A stretch of 64,000 nucleotides of DNA from contig CAWANH010000029.1 in assembly GCA_963783375.1 (NCBI GenBank), positions 800,001 through 864,000 of the forward strand, written 5' to 3'. Source of the stretch: Candidatus Eiseniibacteriota bacterium (GTDB lineage Bacteria; Eisenbacteria; RBG-16-71-46; JABDJR01). Made by a program: the position numbers and the translations under genes. The stretch's first letter is position 1. Every line of letters begins with the position of its first letter. This document shows positions 11,920 to 20,582 of the stretch, one piece after another. The notes below the pieces were generated by a model that was given only the letters and a program-made list of their open reading frames with translations, did no database searches and was not told the origin of the DNA.

Positions 11920-11953
11920 GCGGCGCCGACAGCCTCTTTTTCGGGGGCGGCGA

Positions 11954-13108
11954 GTGAGGGTATTCCTGCTCACCCAGGACTTCCCTCCCCGGCCGGGGGG
12001 AATGGCCCGGTACTATGCGGACTGGGCTCGAGGCCTCGACTCCGATTGCACGGTCGCGGTCGGATCCTGGGAGGGCCGCCCCCCCGAATCCCCGAGCGGT
12101 GCCCGCCTCCTCACTCTCCCGGTGGACGCCGGCCGGGCCCACCGGCCGGTGGGTCTCTGGCGGGCGATGCGCGCGGCGGAGGCCGCGATGGCCGCCGACC
12201 CTCCCGGAGTGCTCATCTCCGGCAACGTCCGCCCCTACGGTCCCCCCGCCCTCCGGATCGCCCGACGCGCCGGCATCCCCCTGGTGCTCGCCTATCACGG
12301 GAACGATCTCCTCCGCACCGCCCGCCGGTGGAGGACGCACCCCTGGAAGCGGCGGCGATGGGCGGCGCTGGTCGCCGGGGCGCGCCTTCACCTGGTGAAC
12401 AGCGCCTTCACCGCAGGGTTGGCCGAGGGGGCGGGGCTGCCGCCGGAGCGGATCGCGGTGGTTCCGCCGGAGGTGGACGACCGGCGCTTCCGCCCCAACG
12501 AGGGCCCCGGAGAGCGTGCCGCGCTCCGCGCCCGGTTCGGTTTCGGCGAGGACGAGATGGTCACCCTCTTCGTGGGACGGTTGGTGGAGCGCAAGGGCCT
12601 GGACGATCTCTTCGCCGCTCTCCCCGCCCTTCCCTCCCGGGTGCGCCTGGTGGTGGCCGGGCCGGGAGGGGTCGAACCCTGGCGGCGCCGGGCCGAGGCC
12701 GCGGGAACGGCGTCCCGGGTGCGCTTTCTGGGCCGGGTGACGGAATCGGAACTCCCCCTCCTCTACCGGGCCGCCGACCTCTTCGCCGCCCCCTCGCGCG
12801 ACCGCCGGGAGGAGGACGACGTCGAGGGGTTCGGGATCGTCTTCCTGGAGGCCGCAGCCTCGGGGCTGGGGTCGCTGGCTACCCGGACCGGCGGCATCCC
12901 CGAGGCGGTGGAGGACGGGGTGGGAGGGCTTCTGGTCCCCCCCTCCGACCGGTCCGCCCTCATCGAGGCGTGGAGGCGGCTGGCTTCCGATCCGGAGCTT
13001 CGGCGTCGTCTGGGGGAAGGGGGGCGTGCCGGGCGGGCCCGGAGCCACGGGTCCGGGAGTTCGGCTCGGGCCCTGATCGAGGTCCTGGAGCGGCGCCTGG
13101 ACGCCTGA
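11954..13108 (+). CDS. Glycosyltransferase family 4 (PimA/PimB-like); true start may be 11916 if a base is missing
   Basis: TQDFPPRPGG, VGRLVERKG, EGFGIVFLEAAA, GGIPEAV. Confidence 0.85.
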   Translation: MRVFLLTQDFPPRPGGMARYYADWARGLDSDCTVAVGSWEGRPPESPSGARLLTLPVDAGRAHRPVGLWRAMRAAEAAMAADPPGVLISGNVRPYGPPALRIARRAGIPLVLAYHGNDLLRTARRWRTHPWKRRRWAALVAGARLHLVNSAFTAGLAEGAGLPPERIAVVPPEVDDRRFRPNEGPGERAALRARFGFGEDEMVTLFVGRLVERKGLDDLFAALPALPSRVRLVVAGPGGVEPWRRRAEAAGTASRVRFLGRVTESELPLLYRAADLFAAPSRDRREEDDVEGFGIVFLEAAASGLGSLATRTGGIPEAVEDGVGGLLVPPSDRSALIEAWRRLASDPELRRRLGEGGRAGRARSHGSGSSARALIEVLERRLDA

Positions 13109-13164
13109 AGCCGGGGATGAAGGAAGAGAGGGGCCCCGCCCCGGGCCCGGTGTTCGATCCGCGG

Positions 13165-13980
13165 TCAGCGTAGGCTGTCGAGCTTGTCCTTGGCCAGGCG
13201 CGCCTCGGGGGAGTCGGGATACTCCCGCATCACCGTCTCGAAGTACTTCCGGGCGGTGGCCGAGTCTCCCTTCCGCAGGAAAGCGTAGCCCAGCTTCAGG
13301 GTGGCGGCGGGTCGCTTGTTTCCATCGGGGTAGAGATCGCGGACCTTCAGGTACTCCTGGATGGCCCGGTCGAGGTCCCCCAGGGCGAAGTAGCTCTCGC
13401 CGATGTAGAACTGGGCGTTGTCGGCGCGGTCGGACTGGGGGTAGTACTTCAGCAGGTCCTCGAAGCCGGCGACCGCGAGCTGGTAGTTTCCCCGGGACCA
13501 ATCCCGATAGGCGGCGTCGTAGAGCTCGGTGGCGGACGCCGGGGGGCGTTCCTCGCCGCCCATCCCCCCCATGCCGGTGGACTCCGCCGGGCTCCCCATC
13601 CCGGTGTCGGGAGGGGCGACGGTGGACGCGGGCGTCGGCGGTACCGGTGTTTCCTGGACCCGCCGCTGGAACTTCTCGAAGCGCACTCCCTGGTCCTCGA
13701 GCTGGGAGCGGAGCACCTCCAGCTTCTGCTCCAGATCACGGAGTTGGGCGTTGGTGTCCGCCCGCATGGCCGCAGTGGCCCCGGTCTGGGAGTCCATCTG
13801 GGTCTTCAGGTCGCGGACCAGGGCCAGGATCTCCGCCTGCTCCTTCCGCATCCCCTCCACCTCATCCCGGGTCACCTCCACGTTCACCGGTTGCCGGAAG
13901 AAAGCGCCCACACAGCCGCCCAGAAAGAGTGGGGCGGCCAGGATGACGAGGGTGGCGCGTGCACGCAGTTGTGGGTTCAT
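13165..13980 (-). CDS. cpoB: Tol-Pal system protein CpoB/YbgF
   Basis: Lipobox-like LGGC, coiled coil, C-terminal TPRs (ADNAQFYIGESY...YPDS); directly downstream of pal. Confidence 0.85.
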   Translation of the reverse strand: MNPQLRARATLVILAAPLFLGGCVGAFFRQPVNVEVTRDEVEGMRKEQAEILALVRDLKTQMDSQTGATAAMRADTNAQLRDLEQKLEVLRSQLEDQGVRFEKFQRRVQETPVPPTPASTVAPPDTGMGSPAESTGMGGMGGEERPPASATELYDAAYRDWSRGNYQLAVAGFEDLLKYYPQSDRADNAQFYIGESYFALGDLDRAIQEYLKVRDLYPDGNKRPAATLKLGYAFLRKGDSATARKYFETVMREYPDSPEARLAKDKLDSLR

Positions 13981-14063
13981 GCCTCGGTTCCGTTCCTGCC
14001 GCGGCCCTGTTCGCCGGGGCGCGTCCGAACGGACCGCGCGGCGCGCGGTCCGGGAAAAGGGGA

Positions 14064-14097
14064 GCGCCGGTCCCGCTCACGGGGGCGGGACCGGCGC
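14064..14097 (-). terminator. Hairpin after pal (intrinsic terminator or mRNA-stabilising stem)
   Basis: 13-bp stem GCGCCGGTCCCGC / GCGGGACCGGCGC followed on the - strand by a pyrimidine tract TCCCCTTTT. Confidence 0.55.
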
Positions 14098-14102
14098 CGG
14101 GA

Positions 14103-14624
14103 CTACTGGCTGATGTTGAAGTGAACCCGCCGGTTCTTGGCCCAGGCCTGCTCCGTGTCCCCCATGGCGAACGGCTTCTCCTCGCCGTAGGAGAGGGTGG
14201 AGAGCCGGGAGGCCGGTATTCCGAGGTCCGTCAGGTACTGCATCACCGCATCGGCCCGGCGCTGGCCCAGAGCCAGGTTGTATTCCTCGGTCCCCCGATT
14301 GTCGCAGTGGCCCTCGAGAACGACCTTGGCGTCGGGATGGTCCTTGAGATACTGCGCGTCGGTCTGGAGGACCATCCGCGCGTCGGACCTGAGCTCCGCC
14401 ATGTCGAAGTCGAAGAACACGTCCTGGACCTTCTCCATCCAGGCCCTCGGGTTCTCGGTGACTTCCGGGGGCTCGGCGGGGGGCTTCTCGGGAGTCTTCT
14501 CCGGCGGGGTCTGGTTCACCTCGGTCGTGGGCGGTGGCGGCTTCTTGGGGCACGCGGTCAGAAACGTGAACCCCACCGCCAGGACGGCGATTCCTATGAA
14601 GATCTTCATGGTATGTCGATTCAT
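14103..14624 (-). CDS. pal: Peptidoglycan-associated lipoprotein Pal
   Basis: Lipobox LTAC; FFDFD, EGHCDNRGTEEYNLALGQRRA, SYGEEKP, NRR of the OmpA-like domain. Confidence 0.95.
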   Translation of the reverse strand: MNRHTMKIFIGIAVLAVGFTFLTACPKKPPPPTTEVNQTPPEKTPEKPPAEPPEVTENPRAWMEKVQDVFFDFDMAELRSDARMVLQTDAQYLKDHPDAKVVLEGHCDNRGTEEYNLALGQRRADAVMQYLTDLGIPASRLSTLSYGEEKPFAMGDTEQAWAKNRRVHFNISQ

Positions 14625-14775
14625 TGTGATTGGTACCCTCCCCATTGGTTCCGGCTATTCCGGTTCGCTTCCACTCTAACCGGGCCCCTCCCGGTCCGCA
14701 AGGTGCGGCGGAGAAAGAACCCCGTCCACCTTTCCCGGTTCCAGGATCCCCGCCGGCCTCGGGCCGGCTTCCGGG

Positions 14776-16113
14776 TCACCTCGGGGGCACCCCCGACCAG
14801 TCCGGAGCATAGTTGTCGGTCCCCCTCCCGGTGACCAGCGCCCGCACCGTCCCCGAGTCCACGTCGAGCACGTAGATCCCCTTCTCCCCTCCCCGGGTGG
14901 AGGTGAACACCACGTGCCGGCCGTCCGGAGCCCAACGGGGATGCTCGTCGCTCCCCGGACCCCGGGTGATCTGCTTCTCCTCCCCCAGGCCGCTGGCGTC
15001 CATCACCATGATCCGGAAGAGCCCGCCGCGCATGGAGGCGAAGGCGATCCGGTCCCCCTGGGGGGACCAGTCGGCCTGGTCGTTCCACTTGCCGGCGAAG
15101 GTGAGCCGGCGCGCCCCGGTTCCGTCGGCGTCCATCATGTAGAGCTGGGGGCTGCCCGCCCGGTCCGAGGTGAACACGATTCGCCTTCCGTCCGGGGACC
15201 ACGAGGGTGACGTATTGATGCCGGCGGCCCGGGCCACCGCGTGGGGGTCTCCGCCGTCCGCGGTGACCTCCATGATCTCGCTGGATCGTCCCTCGGTCTG
15301 GCTGTAGGCGATCAGGGAGCCGTCCGGAGAATAGGCGGGGGCGCTCTGGACTCCCCGCCCCCCCACCAGGGGGCGCTCCTTGCCCCCGGCCACGTCCGCC
15401 TGCCACAGGTCGGCGTCCCCCTTCTGGTAGGACGTGAACACCACGGCGGCCCCGTCCGGCCGGAAAGACGGGGAGAGGTTGATGGAGCCGTTCCGCGTCA
15501 GCTGGCGCAGGCCGAAGCCGTCGTAGTCGACCAGAAAAATCTCTTTTCCCCCCGCGCGGCTGGAGACGAAGACGATCCGGGTCCGGGCGATTCCCTGTCT
15601 CCCGGTGAGGTAGAGCACGATGTCGTCGGCGAACCGGTGGGCCGCTTCCCGGTACCACTCGGGCTTGGTCCGATAGTCCCGGGAGAAGATCAGGGTGCGG
15701 CCGGGCAGGGACTCGAGGGTCCCCCGAAGCACGATGTCCCCGCCGGAAACCAGGAGTTCCCCCCGAACCAGGGCCTGGGCCCGGCCGGCGTAGAGGGTGT
15801 CCCCGGGGGTGAGCCGGGGAATCTCCGTCACCGCGAACACGTCGGAGTACTGGAGGTCCTTCCCGGCCACGTCATGGACCGCCTTGGTGTCCTCGCCGGT
15901 GGCCCCGGCGCCGGGGAGGAAGTCCTCGAGTAGAAGCCGGATCTTGGGAACGGATCCGGTCTGGGTGATGACGATGTGCTTCTCATTCGAGGTGGTGCTG
16001 TCGACCTGGGCGCGCGCGGGACGCCCCGCGCCGGCCAGCATCGCCGCGACGACGAGTACCGCGCTTCCGGCGGCGCCGACGCGGGTGCGGTCGATTCGAA
16101 AGGCCTGATGCAA
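14776..16113 (-). CDS. tolB: Tol-Pal beta-propeller protein TolB
   Basis: AHRFADDI..LTG..GIARTRI, PD40 repeats (SPSWSPDG, FTSDR); TTG start with GGAGGA RBS. Confidence 0.92.
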   Translation of the reverse strand: MHQAFRIDRTRVGAAGSAVLVVAAMLAGAGRPARAQVDSTTSNEKHIVITQTGSVPKIRLLLEDFLPGAGATGEDTKAVHDVAGKDLQYSDVFAVTEIPRLTPGDTLYAGRAQALVRGELLVSGGDIVLRGTLESLPGRTLIFSRDYRTKPEWYREAAHRFADDIVLYLTGRQGIARTRIVFVSSRAGGKEIFLVDYDGFGLRQLTRNGSINLSPSFRPDGAAVVFTSYQKGDADLWQADVAGGKERPLVGGRGVQSAPAYSPDGSLIAYSQTEGRSSEIMEVTADGGDPHAVARAAGINTSPSWSPDGRRIVFTSDRAGSPQLYMMDADGTGARRLTFAGKWNDQADWSPQGDRIAFASMRGGLFRIMVMDASGLGEEKQITRGPGSDEHPRWAPDGRHVVFTSTRGGEKGIYVLDVDSGTVRALVTGRGTDNYAPDWSGVPPR

Positions 16114-16158
16114 CTTGATCCTCCTCCGTGGGCCGGGGGTATGGCGGAGTCCGCCCGG

Positions 16159-16893
16159 CTAGTCGGGCGAGACGCCGGTCTTCCGGAACGTCACGGAAAG
16201 TCCGAGATGGTCGCCGGAGTACGCCTCGGGGATCGGCGGGAGGCGCTTGGTGTCGAGCACCACTCCCATCGCCTGCCGGTCGTAGAGCGACGACCCCGAG
16301 GGCTCCAGGATGAAGGGCTGGACGATCGTCCCGTCCTTCTCGATGATGAAGTGGACGGTGGTCCGAAGCTCCTCGCTCCCCTCCTGCTTTTCCCAGTGCG
16401 CGGCAAGCATCTGCCGGACCCGGGCCAGGTAGCTGTCGTCCCTGAAGTCCCTCTGGTCCACCATCCCCAGGGACACCGGCTCCTCCGGAGTGTCGGGGAT
16501 CTTCACCTCCTTCTCCGGAGGCGTCGTCTCCCGGGGCTTGGTCTCCGGAGCCTTGGTGGGCTCGGGTTTGCTCTCGGGCTTCTTCTCCGGCTCCTTCTTC
16601 TCCGGCTTCGGCTTGGGCTTCTCCGGCACCTTGACCACGTCCGTTTCCTTGGCCGGCGGCTCCTTGGGCTTGGGCTCCTCGACGGGTTTGGGCTTGGGAG
16701 GCTCCTCGGTATGGGTGGGCACCGGGGGCTTGAAGTTGGGGACCGGCCAATTCACGAGCGCGACCTGGTACATGGGCTCGGCATAGATCGGCCGGGGGGA
16801 TCGGGAAAAGGGTATGGAGAGGAGGATCAGGGCGACCAGATGAACCCCGAGACTCAACCCCACGAATCGGGGTATGCCCCAGGTTCGGGTCAC
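16159..16893 (-). CDS. TolA/TonB-family energy transducer
   Basis: N-terminal TM with S-x3-H (SLGVH), Pro/Lys/Glu-rich linker, TonB_C-like domain (F.I..DG...PSG...YD); upstream of tolB. GTG start with AAGGAGG. Confidence 0.8.
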   Translation of the reverse strand: MTRTWGIPRFVGLSLGVHLVALILLSIPFSRSPRPIYAEPMYQVALVNWPVPNFKPPVPTHTEEPPKPKPVEEPKPKEPPAKETDVVKVPEKPKPKPEKKEPEKKPESKPEPTKAPETKPRETTPPEKEVKIPDTPEEPVSLGMVDQRDFRDDSYLARVRQMLAAHWEKQEGSEELRTTVHFIIEKDGTIVQPFILEPSGSSLYDRQAMGVVLDTKRLPPIPEAYSGDHLGLSVTFRKTGVSPD

Positions 16894-17035
16894 CGGCTGG
16901 CGTGCCTCCTTACGCCGGGTCGGCGACGAGAAGAGCTTCATGATTCAGTCTGCGCTCACGTCGTGGGTCCCGTGGGCCCCGGCAGGGTGGCGACCGGTCA
17001 CCCGTTTCGCGGCGGCCTCCGGCGAGACGGCCCGA

Positions 17036-17323
17036 TCACGAGATCACGTATCCACGCCGTGCGGCGATCTCCTCCTTGTGCTTCTCCACGAGCAGCATCC
17101 ACTCCGTGCTGCCCGGGCTCAGATTCCGCGAGTAGGTCCCCAGACGGTCGACCGCTTCATGAGTGATCTCGTCCTCGATTCGCAGATCCGCGATCAGAAA
17201 ACGGGCGATATCCCGCTCCAGGGCTCCACGACGGCCCTCGAATCGCACCAGGTCGGTCCGGCTTTCCAGCAACCCCGCCAACCGGGCGGCTATCCGCTGG
17301 ACCTTCTCTTCGCTCAGCCTCAC
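17036..17323 (-). CDS. DUF507 family protein
   Basis: MRLSEEK...EDEI...K..IAARRGYVI pattern recalled as DUF507; paralog of the adjacent gene. Confidence 0.7.
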   Translation of the reverse strand: MRLSEEKVQRIAARLAGLLESRTDLVRFEGRRGALERDIARFLIADLRIEDEITHEAVDRLGTYSRNLSPGSTEWMLLVEKHKEEIAARRGYVIS

Positions 17324-17345
17324 CGGTTTCCTCTCTCGTGCCCGC

Positions 17346-17627
17346 TCAGATCACAATACCCCGTTCCCGGGCCAGTTGTTTCTTGATTTTGTCCCGCAAT
17401 AGGGCGATGTCCATGCTCTGGGCGTCGATTCGCGAGCGATACTGGGCCAGCACCCTCTCGACGTCCCGATCCAGATCGTCCTCCAGGGCCAGTTCGTCCC
17501 GGATGGCCGTGGCGAGCAGAAGGGTCACGGCGTCCTGGCTCTTCAGAAACTCGGTATCCTCCCGGGCGTCGATCCACACGGTCAGTTTCCCGGCCAAGTC
17601 CCGTATCTTTCTGGGGGACAACCGCAT
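17346..17627 (-). CDS. DUF507 family protein
   Basis: MRLS...EDDLDRDV...IKKQLARERGIVI; GGGAGGGAG RBS. Confidence 0.75.
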   Translation of the reverse strand: MRLSPRKIRDLAGKLTVWIDAREDTEFLKSQDAVTLLLATAIRDELALEDDLDRDVERVLAQYRSRIDAQSMDIALLRDKIKKQLARERGIVI

Positions 17628-17667
17628 AGAAATCTCCCTCCCCGCCCGGCGGTCCTGCGCTTGGTGT

Positions 17668-17697
17668 ATTCTCACGAGCGACCGGATTCCTTGTCAA
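17668..17697 (-). promoter_or_regulatory. Putative sigma70 promoter for the DUF507-tol-pal genes
   Basis: TTGACA-18 nt-GAGAAT on the - strand. Confidence 0.55.
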
Positions 17698-18031
17698 GCA
17701 GACGGCGCGCCTCGGGTCGAGGGTCCGTCCGCCCCCGACAGACGAATTCGAGCCGCCGGAAACGCTTTTTGCCACGAGTCGTTTGCGAATGAAGGGACCT
17801 CTCAACGTGGCCCGGCTCGAACCGATTCCCGCCTACTCCTCGAGTCGGTACCTGCAACTTTCTTTTAGTTCCATTCTCGACCGGCCGCCGTAACCCTGGG
17901 CGGCCTCAGAGAGAAGCCCTCGTTACTGTAAAGAAATTTGTCAATGAAATGGTTCCGAAATAATCAGGACCGTTTGCCCGGATTTTTCTGCAATGCCGTC
18001 GGCATACACCGTATTTTTTCCACGTACCGGA

Positions 18032-18060
18032 TTGTGACCGTGCGGTATGGATGCTAGGAT
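18032..18060 (+). promoter_or_regulatory. Putative sigma70 promoter (extended -10) for the winged-helix gene
   Basis: TTGTGA-17 nt-TAGGAT with TGn immediately before the -10, inside an AT-richer intergenic region. Confidence 0.45.
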
Positions 18061-18158
18061 TGACCCATGTGCAATAGATTCCCCCGTATTGTACAGCTAC
18101 GGGTAGAATCTCCTTCTCCATACCAGCATCTTGCGCGAGACGCGAAGAGGGAGGAAAC

Positions 18159-18590
18159 ATGGCTCGTTCCAAGAAGGGCTTGAGCCGCAGAGGCCGGCGC
18201 CCCAGTCTGAAGGTCGCCGCCCGGAGGGCGGGCAAGCTCCAAAATGACGTCAAGAGTCTCTTAGCGGATCTGGAGGATCTGGAACGAAGACTCGTCCGAC
18301 TGGATACCCTCCTCGAGGCGAGCAGGAAAGCCGATCGAGAGAAGCTCAAGAAGAAGCGGTCCAGCCGCAGCCAGGGGATCCGTGGAAAGGGACCCAACGT
18401 CCGCGATCTCGCCTATCAGTTCCTGGCTCGCCGGAAGAAGCCGATGGGCATCCAGGAAATCAGCCAGCACGTGCTGAAGGGAAAGAAGGGGCAGGCAGGC
18501 GAAAATTTCACGCAAAATCTCGGAGCCGCCCTGGCGCGCGACTCGAGGTTCCTGCGCGCCGGTCGCGGCGTCTACACGGTCAAGAAATAG
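18159..18590 (+). CDS. Basic coiled-coil plus winged-helix (HARE-HTH/Rok-like) putative DNA-binding protein
   Basis: GGAGG RBS. Lys/Arg-rich N-tail, heptad coiled coil, basic linker, C-terminal VRDLAYQFL...PMGIQEI...LARDSRFLRAGRGVY. Confidence 0.7.
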   Translation: MARSKKGLSRRGRRPSLKVAARRAGKLQNDVKSLLADLEDLERRLVRLDTLLEASRKADREKLKKKRSSRSQGIRGKGPNVRDLAYQFLARRKKPMGIQEISQHVLKGKKGQAGENFTQNLGAALARDSRFLRAGRGVYTVKK

Positions 18591-18616
18591 TCCCTATCGC
18601 CTGGACGTCACACCAT

Positions 18617-18652
18617 GCGGGGCGAAGCGGTACACCGTTTCGCCCCGCTTTG
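18617..18652 (+). terminator. Intrinsic terminator
   Basis: GCGGGGCGAAGCGG-TACA-CCGTTTCGCCCCGC followed by TTT. Confidence 0.75.
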
Positions 18653-18754
18653 CCTGGATATCCGGATGTATCCCCGGTTCCCCCATGGACGGGTAGACTG
18701 GACGTATCGTGGATCTCCGGTCGGGTTTCCGTCCGCTACGGGTGAAATCGATCC

Positions 18755-18783
18755 TTGACGCCCCCACCCCGGGGCGGGAGAAT
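18755..18783 (+). promoter_or_regulatory. Putative sigma70 promoter with no convincing downstream CDS
   Basis: TTGACG-17 nt-GAGAAT. Confidence 0.6.
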
Positions 18784-18789
18784 CCGTGG

Positions 18790-18920
18790 TCAGCGAAGCG
18801 GATTTCCTGTGCTGCGCGTCATCGTTTGGGCACCGCAATGACCATATCAGCGAAGCGAAGCAGGTACTGTTTGCGGGCACCGGAACGGACGGGGTGATCG
18901 GGATTCCGCTTCCTTTATAT
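18790..18920 (+). ncRNA. Candidate ~125-nt rod-shaped small RNA, family unassigned
   Basis: Own promoter. End pairing GAAGCGGA (18795) / TCCGCTTC (18905-18912), inner stem CCGCAA/TTGCGG, then a CTTTATAT tail. Confidence 0.5.
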
Positions 18921-18998
18921 CCCGTCAATCCCCCGGGGCGGCCGCGGTCGGCCCACCCGATGTCTCCCCCCCTACCGTGACCGGTCCCGACGATCCCC

Positions 18999-20582
18999 CT
19001 ACCGGCGCCGCCGGAACACCGTGTAGGTCTTCTGGGTGGCCGGGGGCGCATCCCGAGCCACGGTATAGAGTTCCCGGAAGCGGGGACGGGCCAGGAGCGC
19101 CCGGCGGAAGTCCAGACGATCGGGATTTCCCTCATAGTCCTTGAGCGCCCGCAGGCGATGCTCGTTCAGCTTGATTCCGTAGTCCCATACGATCCATCTC
19201 GGCTGCAGATCGAGCAGACGATCGAGGTCGTAGCGATGGTGGCCGGGGGCCCAGGCCCCGCCGTGGCGGGGGCGCCAGGCGCGGACGTCGGGATCGTTGA
19301 TTCCCAGCACGTCCAGGGTGGGGAGGCCCGAGAAGTACGGAATGGCTCCCGCGGCGGTCACCGCCACCGTGTCCCCCGGAGCAGCAACCTTGTCGAGCCA
19401 CCGGGCGAGTTCTTCACCGATCAACGGATAATCGGCGATCCGGTCCCGGGTGGACCAGCCCAGGGCCAGTTGAGCGGCCAGGACCCCGCCGACCACCAGG
19501 GCGTGGACGCGGGGGCGGCCGATTCCCCCCTCCGCCCGCCGCCAACCCTCGGCGAGCAGCAGATAGAATGCGGGTAACACCGGGGCCAGGTAGCGAGTCT
19601 TCCCCATCCAGTCTCCCCCCGCCGCCAGCACGAAGAGGCCCTGGAAGACCAGCCAACCCATCGGGAGGAGCGGCCACCACCGGGCCCCGTCCCGGGGCGC
19701 GGTCGTCCGCCGGCCTACCAGGAGCAATGTCCCGATCAAGACCGCCAGGGCGAGCCAGCCGGCGTGGGCCAGCGCCCACCCTCCCAGGTCGGCGGCTCCA
19801 TGCACCCACGGCGCGGCCCCGGTTTCCATCTTGGCGTAGAAGGTGTTCGGCACGACGCGGTGGTAGAGGCGCCAGCGCAGAAGCAGATACGCCGCCGCCG
19901 GGATCATGCCCAGAAGCCAGCCCGCGAGGAGGCGCCGCCGGGACCAGGCCCCCCAGACGAGCCACGTGAGGCCCCAAAGCGCCCAGGCTGGGCCCTCGGG
20001 TCTGGACAGGGTCAGAAGCGCCCCCAGTCCCCCCAGGGCGAGCCCTCGGGGGAAGCCGGCGCCCCCCTTGGGGGACGCCCCGGCCGCGACCCCCATCCAC
20101 CCCGCGATGAGGAGAGCCGCCGACACCGTCTCGAGCCCGGATCCCGCCCATACCGCCAGCCCTACATCGGTCGTCGTCCCAGCGACCAGGATGGCGGTGG
20201 CGGTCCCTCCCAGATTCCTCCGACGGGCCAGGGCGAACAGAACGGGCGTGAGCAGGAGGTAGGCCCCGAGTCCCAGCCAGGGAGCGGCGCGGTGGGGTGG
20301 GACGCCGAGGCGGGCACCCCCGGCCAGGACGAGGGTCCACAGAGGATTGGAGAATCCCTCGACCGCGGTCCCGCCGTTGAAGGTGAGGCCTTTCCCGGCG
20401 GCGAACCGGGCGGCGTAGCGAAAGGAGATGTACGCGTCGTCGACCATGGCCCCCCCGTGGGCCCGGAAGAGGACGGCGAAGAGCAGAACCTGAACAACCA
20501 GGAGGAGACCCACCAGGACCGCGGGCGAGCGAAGCAGGGATCGGGTTGGGGGGGCCGGAAGTGACTCTTCCGAAGTCCTCAT
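18999..20582 (-). CDS. Polytopic membrane protein, GT-C-type glycosyltransferase-like (AftB-like)
   Basis: DDAYISFRYA, VEGFSNPLW, SGLET, RPEG, PNTFYAK, GGDWM..RY, AGAIPY motifs; many TM segments. Confidence 0.65.
   Translation of the reverse strand: MRTSEESLPAPPTRSLLRSPAVLVGLLLVVQVLLFAVLFRAHGGAMVDDAYISFRYAARFAAGKGLTFNGGTAVEGFSNPLWTLVLAGGARLGVPPHRAAPWLGLGAYLLLTPVLFALARRRNLGGTATAILVAGTTTDVGLAVWAGSGLETVSAALLIAGWMGVAAGASPKGGAGFPRGLALGGLGALLTLSRPEGPAWALWGLTWLVWGAWSRRRLLAGWLLGMIPAAAYLLLRWRLYHRVVPNTFYAKMETGAAPWVHGAADLGGWALAHAGWLALAVLIGTLLLVGRRTTAPRDGARWWPLLPMGWLVFQGLFVLAAGGDWMGKTRYLAPVLPAFYLLLAEGWRRAEGGIGRPRVHALVVGGVLAAQLALGWSTRDRIADYPLIGEELARWLDKVAAPGDTVAVTAAGAIPYFSGLPTLDVLGINDPDVRAWRPRHGGAWAPGHHRYDLDRLLDLQPRWIVWDYGIKLNEHRLRALKDYEGNPDRLDFRRALLARPRFRELYTVARDAPPATQKTYTVFRRRR

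Noticed and set aside
16490-16730. Repetitive DNA in the tolA-like gene
   Set aside because: It simply encodes the Pro/Lys/Glu-rich linker.
18840-18865. Calling the RNA candidate SRP (ffs) or 6S
   Set aside because: Only partial UCAG/AAGCAG resemblance to SRP, no GNRA-capped helix, and short for 6S; a covariance-model search is needed.
18786-18980. 64-aa ORF downstream of the orphan promoter
   Set aside because: It starts at or before the predicted TSS and has no recognisable features; end-to-end base pairing fits an RNA better.
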